A stretch of 64,000 bases of DNA from Akkermansia sp. (GTDB taxonomy: Bacteria > Verrucomicrobiota > Verrucomicrobiia > Verrucomicrobiales > Akkermansiaceae): the NCBI GenBank assembly GCA_045592685.1, contig JAZNVF010000086.1, positions 31,014-95,013 on the forward strand, read 5' to 3'. The first letter of the stretch is position 1. Each line of letters starts with the position of its first letter. The position numbers and the translations under genes were made by a program. Of this stretch, positions 27,799-37,444 are shown piece by piece. The notes below the pieces were generated by a model, which was not told the origin of the DNA, made no database searches, and saw only the letters and a program-made list of their open reading frames with translations.

Positions 27799-29928
27799 AT
27801 GCAACGCAAGTTTCTCAGCTGGCTATTCGTACTGATATGTACCGCCTTTACCCTGGCGGGGGTGCTGTCGTTCCTGCAATTTCAACGTCAATCAAAAGCC
27901 CGTGCGCGTGATTTGATGAGTAATCGTCTGCACGACCTCATGCTGCTGGTGAGGTTCACACAGGACAACATGAACCACGTTGCACAAATCAACGACGCCA
28001 GCACACTGGAGCGCACACGTGCAGCAGCAGAAATCATACGCCTCAATCCCGCTATCCTCAGCTCACCGGAGGAATTGCAGGGACTTTGCAATGAACTGGG
28101 AGCGGCTCAACTCTGCATAACGGACAGCGAGGGAATCATTGTAGCGGGCGTGCCCAGAAGTGTGATTGGCTTCAACCTGTCAGAGCACGAGCAAAGCCGC
28201 CCTTTCATGGAGTGTATTCGCACCCCGGGGCATGAACTGATACAGCGCCCCACGAATAATGCGCAAAGCGGCCAGATGCTTCAATACGCCGGTGTGAGCA
28301 GACCAGACCAACCCGGGGTCATCCAGCTCGGGTTCAAACCCCAGCACGAGCAAATGGTGCGAGCCTCTGCCGACTTCGAGAAACTCGCCGGCAAGATACT
28401 GGGGGGCGATACCGGCCATATCATTGCCTTTCGCGACGGGCGCCTGCTGAACCGGGGCGCTCTGAACATACCGACCTCAACCCTGCTGGCCATGCCCCTC
28501 AACCAAGTAGGTGAGGTAACACTGGGCGGGAAAGACTACGCCACCTATGCCATAGAAGAGAATGGCATGCGCCTGGTTACTCTCATCCCCTGGCGGGAAA
28601 TCAGCAAAATCAGCTACAAGTCACTCCGGTACCTGCTATGGAGCAACCTGGCGCTTTTTGCCTTCATGTTCATAGTGGTATGGCTTCTGTTGCGCATTTA
28701 TGTACTGAGAGGGCTGCGACGAATCAACCTCTCTCTCAGACGAATTACCGAGGGCTACACTCAGGAGCGGGTAGACGAAAAAAGCACCCCTGAGTTCACT
28801 CGACTTTCAACAGGCATTAACACCATGGTGGACGCCATTCAGGCCTACAGCGAGCAGAAACGTGAGCGACTGCAGAAAGAACTGCAACTCGCAGGGGCTA
28901 TACAAAGTACGGTGTTACCTCACACCTTCCCCGCTTTCCCTGAGCGAAAGGAGTTCGACATCTATGCCACCTGCGATCAGGCGCACAGCGTGGGCGGCGA
29001 TTTTTATGATTTCTTCATGCCGGACGAAAAGCACCTCTGTTTTCTGCTGGGAGATGTGGCGGCTACCGGTATACCCGCAGCCCTGTATATGATGCGCGCC
29101 ATCTCCATAACCCGAGAGCTGGCAAACGATGGTCTGCCCCCGCAAATTCTGCTTACCAAGGCGAATAAAACCCTCTGTGCCGAGGGAGCTGACATGCGCT
29201 TATCTCTCTTCTATGGCCGGCTCAATATTATAACCGGTGATTTTCGCTTCGTGAATGCCGGCACCCCGCAGGCCCTGCTCAGTCACAGTGGCCGTGGGTA
29301 CGAAATGCTCTCCATGCGCTCCGGAGCAGTAGTGGGAGCACACGCCGGAGCAACATACACGGAGTGCAGGCGAACACTCAAACCGGGCGACCGCTTGTTT
29401 CTGTACACACACGGCGTGCTGGCTGCGGCTGATGCTGACCACACACCTTTCGGCGCGGCCCGACTGCAGCAAGCTCTGCCGACAGATGCCGCCACGATAG
29501 CAGATGTTCCCCGCCGTGTACGTGCTGCACTGCGCCAATATACCGGCGAGATGGAGCAAACTAACGACATCACCATGCTCGCCCTCGAATTTCGCGGCAA
29601 ATGGAGCTGCTACGCTCATTGCGACGTGACAGCCGAAACACCCGAAAAACTTGTCGACCTGTTACAACAGAAACTGGAAAGTGTGCTGGCCGCTCCGGAC
29701 AGTATCACCGAATTGCAGTTTGCCGTGCTCGATATCTGCAAAAACCTGCCATCCGAATGCACCATAAACTCAATATTGCGCTGCAATGAACAAGAGGCCC
29801 GCCTGACACTCAGCTACAATATTCCGCAGTATAACCCGCTCATCCTGCTGCCCCACCTGTCCCTGGACCGCGCAGAATACAGCACGGCTGACGGTGCAAG
29901 CAAACTTGTGCTCAGTAAAGCACTCTGA
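27799..29928 (+). CDS. Membrane sensor PP2C (SpoIIE/RsbU-type) protein phosphatase with HAMP linker
   Basis: Order: N-terminal TM, about 250-aa extracytoplasmic domain, second TM (LALFAFMFIVVWLLL), HAMP-like segment, PP2C motifs GGDFYDF, LGDVAATGIPAALYM and NDITMLAL, then about 120 aa of C-terminal domain. Alternative start 27766. Confidence 0.85.
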   Translation: MQRKFLSWLFVLICTAFTLAGVLSFLQFQRQSKARARDLMSNRLHDLMLLVRFTQDNMNHVAQINDASTLERTRAAAEIIRLNPAILSSPEELQGLCNELGAAQLCITDSEGIIVAGVPRSVIGFNLSEHEQSRPFMECIRTPGHELIQRPTNNAQSGQMLQYAGVSRPDQPGVIQLGFKPQHEQMVRASADFEKLAGKILGGDTGHIIAFRDGRLLNRGALNIPTSTLLAMPLNQVGEVTLGGKDYATYAIEENGMRLVTLIPWREISKISYKSLRYLLWSNLALFAFMFIVVWLLLRIYVLRGLRRINLSLRRITEGYTQERVDEKSTPEFTRLSTGINTMVDAIQAYSEQKRERLQKELQLAGAIQSTVLPHTFPAFPERKEFDIYATCDQAHSVGGDFYDFFMPDEKHLCFLLGDVAATGIPAALYMMRAISITRELANDGLPPQILLTKANKTLCAEGADMRLSLFYGRLNIITGDFRFVNAGTPQALLSHSGRGYEMLSMRSGAVVGAHAGATYTECRRTLKPGDRLFLYTHGVLAAADADHTPFGAARLQQALPTDAATIADVPRRVRAALRQYTGEMEQTNDITMLALEFRGKWSCYAHCDVTAETPEKLVDLLQQKLESVLAAPDSITELQFAVLDICKNLPSECTINSILRCNEQEARLTLSYNIPQYNPLILLPHLSLDRAEYSTADGASKLVLSKAL

Positions 29929-29947
29929 CTTTCCCACCCCGTACACC

Positions 29948-32506
29948 ATGAACTCAGTACCACCGGCACCCATCGCCCCACCACCACCGCCCCATGTGGT
30001 GCTCCCGACCACAGCCGCAGAGCCCCCTGCTCTGACAATAGAAGATAATCCCCGTGCCCCCCTGGCTCCCGGTACTGTCGTAGGGGATTATACCATCATC
30101 TCCAAGCTCGGTCAGGGCGGCTTCGGCATTACCTACAGAGCTCAACATACTGTGCTTGGCTCGATTGTCGTGCTCAAGGAACACATGCCCTCGGGGCTGG
30201 CTATGCGCATGCCGGGTAGCACCTTTGTGAGTAGTGTTTCCCCCGAAACGGATGCACGTTTCAAGGCCACAATGGCCGAGTTCATGGAAGAAGTCGTTAT
30301 CCTGATGGGGCTGGAGCACCCCGGCATTGTCCCCATCATCTCCGGCTTCGAGGCCAATGGTACAGCCTATTATGTGATGCCCTATGTTGAAGGTCACTCC
30401 ATGGAGCTGAACCCTCAACCCACTCTCGACAAAGACAAACAAGCTGTAGAGGCCCGCAAACTCAAGCAGCAGTTGCGTTACCTGCTCTATACGCTTGAGT
30501 ACCTGGAGCAAAACGGAATCGTTCACCGCGATATCAAGCCCGAAAATATCGTCATCAACACCGAGGGGCGCCCCATCCTGCTCGACTTCGGCTCTGCACG
30601 CCAATTACAGGCAGGCAAGGTATACACCAATATTTACACGCCCGATTTCTGTGCCCCGGAACAGAGCACCGCGCGAACAGATGCCCAGATGAGCGCCGCT
30701 ATCGGCCCCCAAACCGACCTCTATGCCCTCGGTGCAACCTTTTACTACCTGATTACGCGATTGCTGCCGCCCAAATCAGACATGCGCACCCTCTCCTCTC
30801 CCGATCCCTATAAACCACTGGCCGGGCGCATCCACCTGGAGGAAAACTACAGCCGTCACTTCCTGCAAGCCATCGACCGGGCCCTGCAACTGGAGCCGGC
30901 CGAGCGGTGGAAAAGTGCGGCAGCTTGGCGCGACAGCATGGAGAGCGGAATTGTACCGCCACCCACCGGCCTGGTCAAGCGCATGCGAATTCTGATGACG
31001 CTCAGCATCTCTGTCGTGGTCGCCCTGGCCACATTGTGTGCATGGGCGCTGAAAGAAAAAGAGCAGGCCATGGAGATATACAACAACAGCCTGAACTTCA
31101 CGGAAGGTATGCTCTACGATTTCAATGACGAGTTAGCAGACATTCCGGGCTCAACCGAACTACAGCAGCAACTCGGAACAAACCTTAAGAATTACCTGAA
31201 CTCCATGGAGAAACTCCCCGTTGCTCAGGATGAAAAACTGCAACGCGCACTCGCCATCGCATGGAAAAACCTGGGCTCAGTCAACGTGCAACAGGGAGAG
31301 CTGGCAGCAGCGACAGAGGCGTATCGCAATGCCACCAAGCTATTGCAATCACTTCATGACTCACACCCCGAAGAACAACAATACCGCTATGAATTAGCCC
31401 GTATCTGGCTACTGCGTGCCGAGGTCGGGCGCCGACGCAACATGAACACCCAGGCCCGTGTGCTGGTCAGCCAGGCTCTCGACATGCTGCGCTCCCTCTG
31501 CGACCAATCCCCCGATAACCCGGATTATCATTGTGACCTGGGGCGCGCCATAGAATATACCGCTCGTCTGGCCGACAACAGCGGCAATAGTGACCAGCGG
31601 CGCAATGCCATCGACAGCATGGCGGATCTGTTCCGCAGACTGGTTGTAAAATACCCCCGTCATGAAGGCGCCGCCATGGGGCTGGCACAAGCTTTCATCA
31701 GCCAGGCGAATCTCTTGGCGGAATCCGACAACTACGGCCTTGCTACACAGTTGCTCAACGAGGCAAGAGATATCTACACCAGGCTCTCAGCCGAACATCC
31801 ACACAGACTCTCCTTCAAAACCGGCAGATCGAACGAGGCATACGCACGTGGTAATATGTACACCAAAATGTGCATGGGTACTACCGACCCTTCAGTATTG
31901 GCCGATATGGAGGAGCATGCCATGACAGCATTCAAACAGAGCATTTCTCTTTCAGAGGAACTTGCCGCTATGGATGCCCACAACACCGAATACACCTTCC
32001 AGCAATGCCGGGCCATGAGTTTCATGGTTGATATCATGTTGCGCCGCAAACTTCACAACCAGGCGGAGGCCTACTGCAATACCATCATGCAGAAAACAGA
32101 GAAACTCCTGTTAACCTCCCCCGGCAATATCGAGTACAACATGCTCAAAGCCGGAGCTTTTCGCGGGCTGGCCAAAGCCCACAGCGAAAACCCCAGACAT
32201 CATGGGCGGGCGAATCAGGAATACAGCCGCTACCTCAATCTCGTTGACCAGTTGTTGCAGAAGACACCGAGCAATCCGCGCCTCCGAATCATGTATGCAG
32301 ATGCTCTGATGGAACGAGCAGCTTACGATATCTCCCTACAGAAATACAGCGACGCGAAAAAGCTGCTCGAACAAGCTGTGGTGCTGCTCTCTGACATAGC
32401 ACAGCGAGATAGACAAAATGCCGCCGTGCAACAAATGCAGAAAAAAGCAAAGGAATTGCTCAACTCCGTCACCGACTCCCCGGCCCCCGAACAACAGGAA
32501 TCATAA
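29948..32506 (+). CDS. Hanks-type Ser/Thr protein kinase with TM segment and C-terminal TPR-like domain
   Basis: Contains GQGGFGITY, VVLKEH (Lys), HRDIKPENI, DFGSAR, APE, TM ILMTLSISVVVALATLCAWAL, then about 480 aa of helical repeats. Start at ATG 29948 after a Pro-rich stretch. Confidence 0.9.
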   Translation: MNSVPPAPIAPPPPPHVVLPTTAAEPPALTIEDNPRAPLAPGTVVGDYTIISKLGQGGFGITYRAQHTVLGSIVVLKEHMPSGLAMRMPGSTFVSSVSPETDARFKATMAEFMEEVVILMGLEHPGIVPIISGFEANGTAYYVMPYVEGHSMELNPQPTLDKDKQAVEARKLKQQLRYLLYTLEYLEQNGIVHRDIKPENIVINTEGRPILLDFGSARQLQAGKVYTNIYTPDFCAPEQSTARTDAQMSAAIGPQTDLYALGATFYYLITRLLPPKSDMRTLSSPDPYKPLAGRIHLEENYSRHFLQAIDRALQLEPAERWKSAAAWRDSMESGIVPPPTGLVKRMRILMTLSISVVVALATLCAWALKEKEQAMEIYNNSLNFTEGMLYDFNDELADIPGSTELQQQLGTNLKNYLNSMEKLPVAQDEKLQRALAIAWKNLGSVNVQQGELAAATEAYRNATKLLQSLHDSHPEEQQYRYELARIWLLRAEVGRRRNMNTQARVLVSQALDMLRSLCDQSPDNPDYHCDLGRAIEYTARLADNSGNSDQRRNAIDSMADLFRRLVVKYPRHEGAAMGLAQAFISQANLLAESDNYGLATQLLNEARDIYTRLSAEHPHRLSFKTGRSNEAYARGNMYTKMCMGTTDPSVLADMEEHAMTAFKQSISLSEELAAMDAHNTEYTFQQCRAMSFMVDIMLRRKLHNQAEAYCNTIMQKTEKLLLTSPGNIEYNMLKAGAFRGLAKAHSENPRHHGRANQEYSRYLNLVDQLLQKTPSNPRLRIMYADALMERAAYDISLQKYSDAKKLLEQAVVLLSDIAQRDRQNAAVQQMQKKAKELLNSVTDSPAPEQQES

Positions 32507-32647
32507 CCCCGGCTTCCTGTCCATCTTCAGCAAAACTCGTGACTGAGGCCGAGCCACAGCCTGGGCTCTGGCCTCGGCAAACACACCCCCGACCTGTGTG
32601 TTATAAGAAACTCCGGCAGGAAGTGCTGCTGGCAGGCGGTACAGCGG

Positions 32648-32675
32648 AAGAACAAGAGGCTCCACCGCCGGAGCC
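32648..32675 (-). terminator. Possible terminator of the dxr/DUF418 unit
   Basis: On the - strand: ggctcc / ggagcc stem (6 bp), 6-nt loop, then tcttgttctt. Confidence 0.4.
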
Positions 32676-32696
32676 CCCCCGTAAAACCGTAACCTC

Positions 32697-33800
32697 TCAG
32701 TGCAACCCCAGGCGTGTGAGGTAGCGCCACACGCCCTCGAACGGTCCGTAGCGATAATAGCGCAACCACACATTGCATGCGGCGAGTTGAAGAAGGTAGA
32801 GCAGCAGCGCCAGCCCCATGACCCCGCCGATACTCAAATGACCGACCAACCCGCCACCATAGCCACATATCAGCACGACCATGATGATGTTCTGCGTAAT
32901 ATAGCAAGTGAGCGTGCAGCGCCCCAGTTTGCCCAAGGGTGCAGCCAGCCACTGCATACAGGGGAGCTCGTATAGCAGAGCCAGCAACGGCATGAACCAC
33001 AGCACGAAAAGAGTAGGCTCTATATTACCCCAATAGCCCGCTGCCGGATAATATGTCTTGCACAGCACAACCACGCCCCAGACGGCCGCAGCTGTCAGCA
33101 CCAGCGGTCGACTGCTGATTTTCCCCTCAAATACGCGCAGACGCCCCGCTATCATTCCCAGCAGGAACATGCCCGCCAACGCCCAGATTCGGTAACTGTA
33201 CACCACATAAAGCAGACTGTGCCATACTCCATTGGTGATATTCCACCACCCCATGTCGAGGAACGATGCCGTCTGCGACGACGGCGCCCAGGAGAGCCCG
33301 TATGTTTCGCGTATACCGTCATACCACTGGCGCATGGCCTCCGGCGTGCCGATGAGATGATGATACATGGCCAGCGGCTGCAACAGGCAAATAGCGCAGA
33401 GTACCACCAGCCACCTCGTGGGACATCGCCACAACAGCACAGGTATGAACCCCGTAATGGCAAATATCAGCAGTATGTCCCCGCAGTAGAAATAACTGTG
33501 TACCAGACCAAAACCCGCCAGCAGTACGAGCCGCCAACAAAAACGCCCGCGAAAATCCAGCCCCTTCGCCATGGCGCGATCCATCTGCAGAAAGAAACTC
33601 AACCCGAACAGGAAAGAGAATATCAGAAAAAACTTCTCCGTGAAGAGCACCACGTGCAGCCAGCCCAGTATACCATCCAGCGGCCCCACCGGAAATTCAG
33701 GCTGGTGAATGTTAAAGAAATTGTGGGCGTGCGCCATCAAGATACCGAAAAGCGCCGTAGCCCGCACCGAGTCAATGGAATGTATACGCTGCTGTGCCAT
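32697..33800 (-). CDS. DUF418/YeiB-like polytopic membrane protein
   Basis: 367 aa. N-terminus RIHSIDSVRATALFGILMAH is typical of the acyltransferase_3/DUF418 group, with about 10 TM. Confidence 0.65.
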   Translation of the reverse strand: MAQQRIHSIDSVRATALFGILMAHAHNFFNIHQPEFPVGPLDGILGWLHVVLFTEKFFLIFSFLFGLSFFLQMDRAMAKGLDFRGRFCWRLVLLAGFGLVHSYFYCGDILLIFAITGFIPVLLWRCPTRWLVVLCAICLLQPLAMYHHLIGTPEAMRQWYDGIRETYGLSWAPSSQTASFLDMGWWNITNGVWHSLLYVVYSYRIWALAGMFLLGMIAGRLRVFEGKISSRPLVLTAAAVWGVVVLCKTYYPAAGYWGNIEPTLFVLWFMPLLALLYELPCMQWLAAPLGKLGRCTLTCYITQNIIMVVLICGYGGGLVGHLSIGGVMGLALLLYLLQLAACNVWLRYYRYGPFEGVWRYLTRLGLH

Positions 33801-33807
33801 GTGCTGC

Positions 33808-34971
33808 TCAGGCGAAAATCACACGTCGGGCTTCCTCTCGTGCCCAGGCATCGTCCTCCAGTATCATCTCAAGCTGGCCCTGGTAATCGCGAGGGCGAGC
33901 TTGGGAGAGCACCTTTTCCACCGTCTCCCATATACCGGTAAAGCCCAGCTTACCATCTACGAAAGCCTGTACGGCCTCCTCATTGGCTGCATTGAACATC
34001 GCCGGCATGGTACCACCCACCAGCCCGGACTGGCGGGCAAGGTTCAGCGCGGGGAAATCATCCCAGCGCGGAGCCTCAAACTTCAGCGAGGCAATCTGCG
34101 CGAGGTCGAGTTTTTTCAGGCTGTTGACCGTGCGATCGGGCCAGGTGACAGCGTATTGGATGGGGAAACACATATCACTGCTGCTCAACTGGGCGAGTAT
34201 GGAGCCATCCTGATACTCAACGAGGGAGTGCACAATACTCTGGGGGTGCACAATGACATCCACCCGCTCCATGGGAATACCAAACAGCCAGCGAGCCTCA
34301 ATCATTTCAAGCCCCTTGTTGAATAGCGTAGCGGAGTCGATGGTAATCTTGCGACCCATTTTCCAGGTCGGGTGATTGAGCGCCTGCTCAAGTGTTACCT
34401 CCGCGAGTTTCTCTCGCGGCGTAGTGCGGAAAGGCCCGCCACTGGCCGTGAGAATGAGACGACTTACCTGCTCCGCCCCGCCTCTGTGCCCTTGCAGGCA
34501 CTGGTAAATGGCATTGTGCTCGCTGTCCACCGGCAATACATTGATACCTTTGGCAGCAGCTCGATTCATCACCACCTCTCCGGCCATTACCAGTATCTCC
34601 TTCGACGCAATGGCTAAATCCTTCCCCGCTTCGATAGCCTGCAACGTGGGCTTGAGACCCGCTGTGCCTATGATGGAAACCAACACCATATCTGCACCGG
34701 CCAGAGTTGCCAACTCACAGAGCCCATCCAACCCGGTGAGCACTCGTGTGCCCGCAGGCAGTCGGCGCTGCAGCTCGGCGGCCTTCGCCGAATCATAGAT
34801 ACACACATCCTTCACCCCGAACTCCAGAGCCTGTGCCGCAAGGGTATCCACACTGCTGTGAGCGGCCAGACCCACCACGTCCATACGCTCGGGGATATCA
34901 CGAGCCACCTTCAGCGCGCTGGTGCCAATGCTGCCGGTCGAACCAAGTATTACAACCTTTTTTCGCTTCAT
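33808..34971 (-). CDS. dxr: 1-deoxy-D-xylulose-5-phosphate reductoisomerase
   Basis: Starts MKRKKVVILGSTGSIGTSALKV and has DSEHNAIYQCL and NKGLE. The true start is ATG 34971; the track ORF's extra 107 codons run into rnpB. Confidence 0.92.
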   Translation of the reverse strand: MKRKKVVILGSTGSIGTSALKVARDIPERMDVVGLAAHSSVDTLAAQALEFGVKDVCIYDSAKAAELQRRLPAGTRVLTGLDGLCELATLAGADMVLVSIIGTAGLKPTLQAIEAGKDLAIASKEILVMAGEVVMNRAAAKGINVLPVDSEHNAIYQCLQGHRGGAEQVSRLILTASGGPFRTTPREKLAEVTLEQALNHPTWKMGRKITIDSATLFNKGLEMIEARWLFGIPMERVDVIVHPQSIVHSLVEYQDGSILAQLSSSDMCFPIQYAVTWPDRTVNSLKKLDLAQIASLKFEAPRWDDFPALNLARQSGLVGGTMPAMFNAANEEAVQAFVDGKLGFTGIWETVEKVLSQARPRDYQGQLEMILEDDAWAREEARRVIFA

Positions 34972-34981
34972 GTCTGCGCAC

Positions 34982-35010
34982 ACTATACTATCATTTACAC
35001 CATTTTGCAA
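34982..35010 (-). promoter_or_regulatory. Putative dxr promoter
   Basis: On the - strand: TTGCAA (35010-35005), N17, TATAGT (34987-34982), N10, ATG 34971. Confidence 0.5.
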
Positions 35011-35037
35011 GCAGGAACGCATTTTGCGCTTGCAAAA
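35003..35037. promoter_or_regulatory. Perfect 10-bp inverted repeat spanning both divergent -35 boxes
   Basis: ttttgcaagc (35003-35012), N15, gcttgcaaaa (35028-35037). Each arm contains a palindromic TTGCAA. Confidence 0.6.
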
Positions 35038-35058
35038 TACCACGTTGCGTTGTAGATT
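35030..35058 (+). promoter_or_regulatory. Putative rnpB promoter
   Basis: TTGCAA (35030-35035), N17, TAGATT (35053-35058), N6, G35065, which is the first base of the predicted P1 stem. Confidence 0.55.
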
Positions 35059-35064
35059 AGCTGC

Positions 35065-35445
35065 GCCGTTCGGGTTCGGGTGGTCGCTGTGCAGCACTAC
35101 TGCATAGAGGAAAGTCCGGACATCGCAAGGCAGCGCGTCCCTTGAAAGGGGGAGACGCCCGGAGCCAATGCCGGGTGGACGGAAAGTGCCACAGAAAACA
35201 AACCGCCCGAAAGGGTAAGGGTGAAAAGGTGGGGTAAGAGCCCACCGCTCCGAAGGTAACGACGGAGGCTCGGTAAACCCCGCGCGATGCAAGACAAACA
35301 GGGGGAGGGTCGCCTGCCCGACTGAAGTCCCCCGGGTAATAGTTGCACCCGGCTATAAACGCCGGGTACGGAGCCCGCTCCGTAAGAAAAATGACCACAC
35401 AACCCGAAAGGGTGGACAGAATCTGGCTTACAGAACCCGAACGGC
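35065..35445 (+). ncRNA. rnpB: RNase P RNA, bacterial type A
   Basis: P1 pairing gccgttcgggttc (35065-) with gaacccgaacggc (-35445). P4 strands agaggaaagtccgg and acagaatctggcttacag. Conserved ggtaagggtgaaaaggtggggtaagagcccacc block. Confidence 0.93.
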
Positions 35446-35545
35446 TTTCTTTCAAAATCAATCCGCTCTTACCTCCCGACTGAGGTCGGCAGTTTTGAAG
35501 ATTGCAGAATTTTGTGTCTTTTGACTTCACAAACGCCGCAGCGGA

Positions 35546-35554
35546 TGATATAAT
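35546..35554 (+). promoter_or_regulatory. Extended -10 element upstream of gpmI (leaderless geometry)
   Basis: TGATATAAT (TGn plus TATAAT at 35549-35554), N6, ATG 35561. No good -35 at 17 nt. Confidence 0.4.
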
Positions 35555-35560
35555 ACGCGC

Positions 35561-37096
35561 ATGGCTAATAAACCCGTAGTTCTGATTATTCGTGACGGCT
35601 GGGGCCGCAACCCGCAGGGGCCGGAGGCCGCCAAACAGACGGGCGATGCTACCGTGCTCGCCGATACTCCTTTCACTGACAAGCTGCTGGCCACCTGCCC
35701 GCACTCCATGCTGGGGGCCAGTGGGCAGGACGTAGGTCTGCCCGACGGACAGATGGGTAACTCTGAGGTAGGTCACCTGAACCTGGGTGCAGGTCGAGTC
35801 GTTTTCCAGGACCTCTGCCGCATCACCAACGCCATCAATGATGGTTCCCTCGCCAAAAACCCCGTGATTACCGAGGCTTTCGCCAAGGCTGCCGGCACTC
35901 GTCTGCACCTGCTCGGCCTGGTGTCCGACGGCGGTGTTCACTCCCACATCGAGCACCTCATCGGCGTGGTTAAAATTGCTGCCGAGGCCGGTGTGAAAGA
36001 CATCATGATTCACGCCATTACCGACGGCCGCGACACCGACCCCAAGAGCGGCGCAGGGTTCCTCAACCAGCTCCAGCAGGCTGTAGCCCCCTATGGCGCC
36101 AAAATCGCTACCGTCGTCGGGCGTTTCTACGCCATGGACCGCGACAAGCGCTGGGACCGTGTTCAGGTCGGCTGGGACGCCATCGTCCTCGGTAAGGGCG
36201 AGCAGTGCAACTGCACCCCCGCAGAATATGCAGAGAAGAGCTACGAGGGTGGCGTGACGGATGAATTCCTGAAGCCCGCCATCTTCTGCGAGGGCGACAC
36301 TCAGCGAGTGCGCGACAACGACGTCGTGTTCTTCTTCAACTTCCGCGCAGACCGCGCCCGCGAGCTTTCCCGCGCTTTCATTTACGATGACTTCGACGGT
36401 TTCGACCGTGGTGTACACCCCCACGTACACTACATCACCATGTCGGAATACGAGGCCTGCTACCCCACACCCGTCGTGTTCGAGCAGGAGCAGCTCACCA
36501 ACATCCTCGGCGAGGTTATCGCCGCTGCAGGGCTCAAGCAGCTCCGCATCGCTGAGACGGAGAAATACGCTCACGTCACCTTCTTCTTCAATGGTGGTGT
36601 AGAAACTCAGTTCGAGGGCGAAGACCGCATCCTCGTCCCCTCCCCCCGCGAGGTGGCAACTTACGACCTCAAGCCCCAGATGAGCGTGGGTGAAGTAGCC
36701 GATAAGTTTGTGGATGCCATTGCCAACTATGACATCGCCATCATGAACTTCGCTAACCCCGATATGGTCGGTCACACCGGTTATCTCGAGGCCGGAATCA
36801 CCGCCTGCGAGGCTGTAGACAAGGCTCTCGAAAAGAGCGTCAACAAGATTCTCGAACTGGGCGGCTGCTGCCTCATCTGCGCCGACCACGGCAACTGCGA
36901 GAATATGCTCAACGCCGACGGCTCCCCCAATACCGCTCACACCACAAACCTGGTAGACCTCATCTACTGCGGTCCCGATCAGGCCGAAGTCAAGATGAGT
37001 GATGGTATTCTGGCCGATATTTCTCCCACCCTGTTGAGCCTGCTGGGTATTCCCCAACCCGCCGAAATGACCGGCCACAGCCTGGTGACAAAATAA
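35561..37096 (+). CDS. gpmI: 2,3-bisphosphoglycerate-independent phosphoglycerate mutase
   Basis: 511 aa. Contains LIIRDGWG, NSEVGHLNLGAG, DGGVHSH and ADHGN. Confidence 0.93.
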   Translation: MANKPVVLIIRDGWGRNPQGPEAAKQTGDATVLADTPFTDKLLATCPHSMLGASGQDVGLPDGQMGNSEVGHLNLGAGRVVFQDLCRITNAINDGSLAKNPVITEAFAKAAGTRLHLLGLVSDGGVHSHIEHLIGVVKIAAEAGVKDIMIHAITDGRDTDPKSGAGFLNQLQQAVAPYGAKIATVVGRFYAMDRDKRWDRVQVGWDAIVLGKGEQCNCTPAEYAEKSYEGGVTDEFLKPAIFCEGDTQRVRDNDVVFFFNFRADRARELSRAFIYDDFDGFDRGVHPHVHYITMSEYEACYPTPVVFEQEQLTNILGEVIAAAGLKQLRIAETEKYAHVTFFFNGGVETQFEGEDRILVPSPREVATYDLKPQMSVGEVADKFVDAIANYDIAIMNFANPDMVGHTGYLEAGITACEAVDKALEKSVNKILELGGCCLICADHGNCENMLNADGSPNTAHTTNLVDLIYCGPDQAEVKMSDGILADISPTLLSLLGIPQPAEMTGHSLVTK

Positions 37097-37131
37097 GGGA
37101 GTTCCCTTTCTCATATAGCGCATACACTCCA

Positions 37132-37165
37132 TACGGGGCAGCTTAATTGCTGCCCCGTATTCAAT
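37132..37165 (+). terminator. Probable terminator after gpmI
   Basis: 11-bp stem tacggggcagc / gctgccccgta with a 6-nt loop. The tail ttcaatt is only weakly U-rich. Confidence 0.55.
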
Positions 37166-37400
37166 TCCGGCGCAGCGAATCAACCGAGCGGTTCTTCTTT
37201 ATTTACTTGTGGAGTTGCTCGGAAGGGCGCCCGCTCGATGTGGCTAAAGATTACAATCATGAGGAATGCGCTCAGTGTCTGCGGCAGGCCGACGCGAGAT
37301 AATAAGCAAATTTCGGGTAGAAAAAAAATCACTTCTTGTTGGAATGTTTTGTCGGCAAAATGGAAACAGCCCCTATCTGCGGTGCTGATTCAGTATAACC

Positions 37401-37429
37401 TTGACAACAAGCCCGGCAGTCGCTAGAAT
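37401..37429 (+). promoter_or_regulatory. Near-consensus promoter
   Basis: TTGACA (37401-37406), N17, TAGAAT (37424-37429), N15, ATG 37445. Confidence 0.6.
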
Positions 37430-37444
37430 GACTGAAGATTCCGC

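Noticed and set aside
34972-35292. 107-codon N-terminal extension of the dxr ORF in the track.
   Set aside because: The extension overlaps rnpB on the opposite strand and lies upstream of the dxr promoter. The canonical Dxr N-terminus (MKRKKVVILGSTGSIG) starts at 34971.
35057-37183. 708-aa ORF on the - strand, the longest alternative ORF in the window.
   Set aside because: It is exactly antisense to gpmI, whose product has unmistakable iPGM motifs. It also runs through rnpB. Its composition (G/V/A/H/D-rich, no motifs) is typical of a shadow ORF caused by codon bias on the true strand.
37166-37400. About 230 nt of unassigned spacer after the gpmI terminator. It has mutually exclusive pairings: ccgagcgg at 37184-37191 can pair with gctcgg at 37217-37222 or with ccgctcg at 37231-37237. 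This could be an sRNA or an attenuator.
   Set aside because: The stems are only 6-7 bp with no adjoining U-tract or promoter. The downstream gene has its own near-consensus promoter at 37401. The evidence is insufficient.
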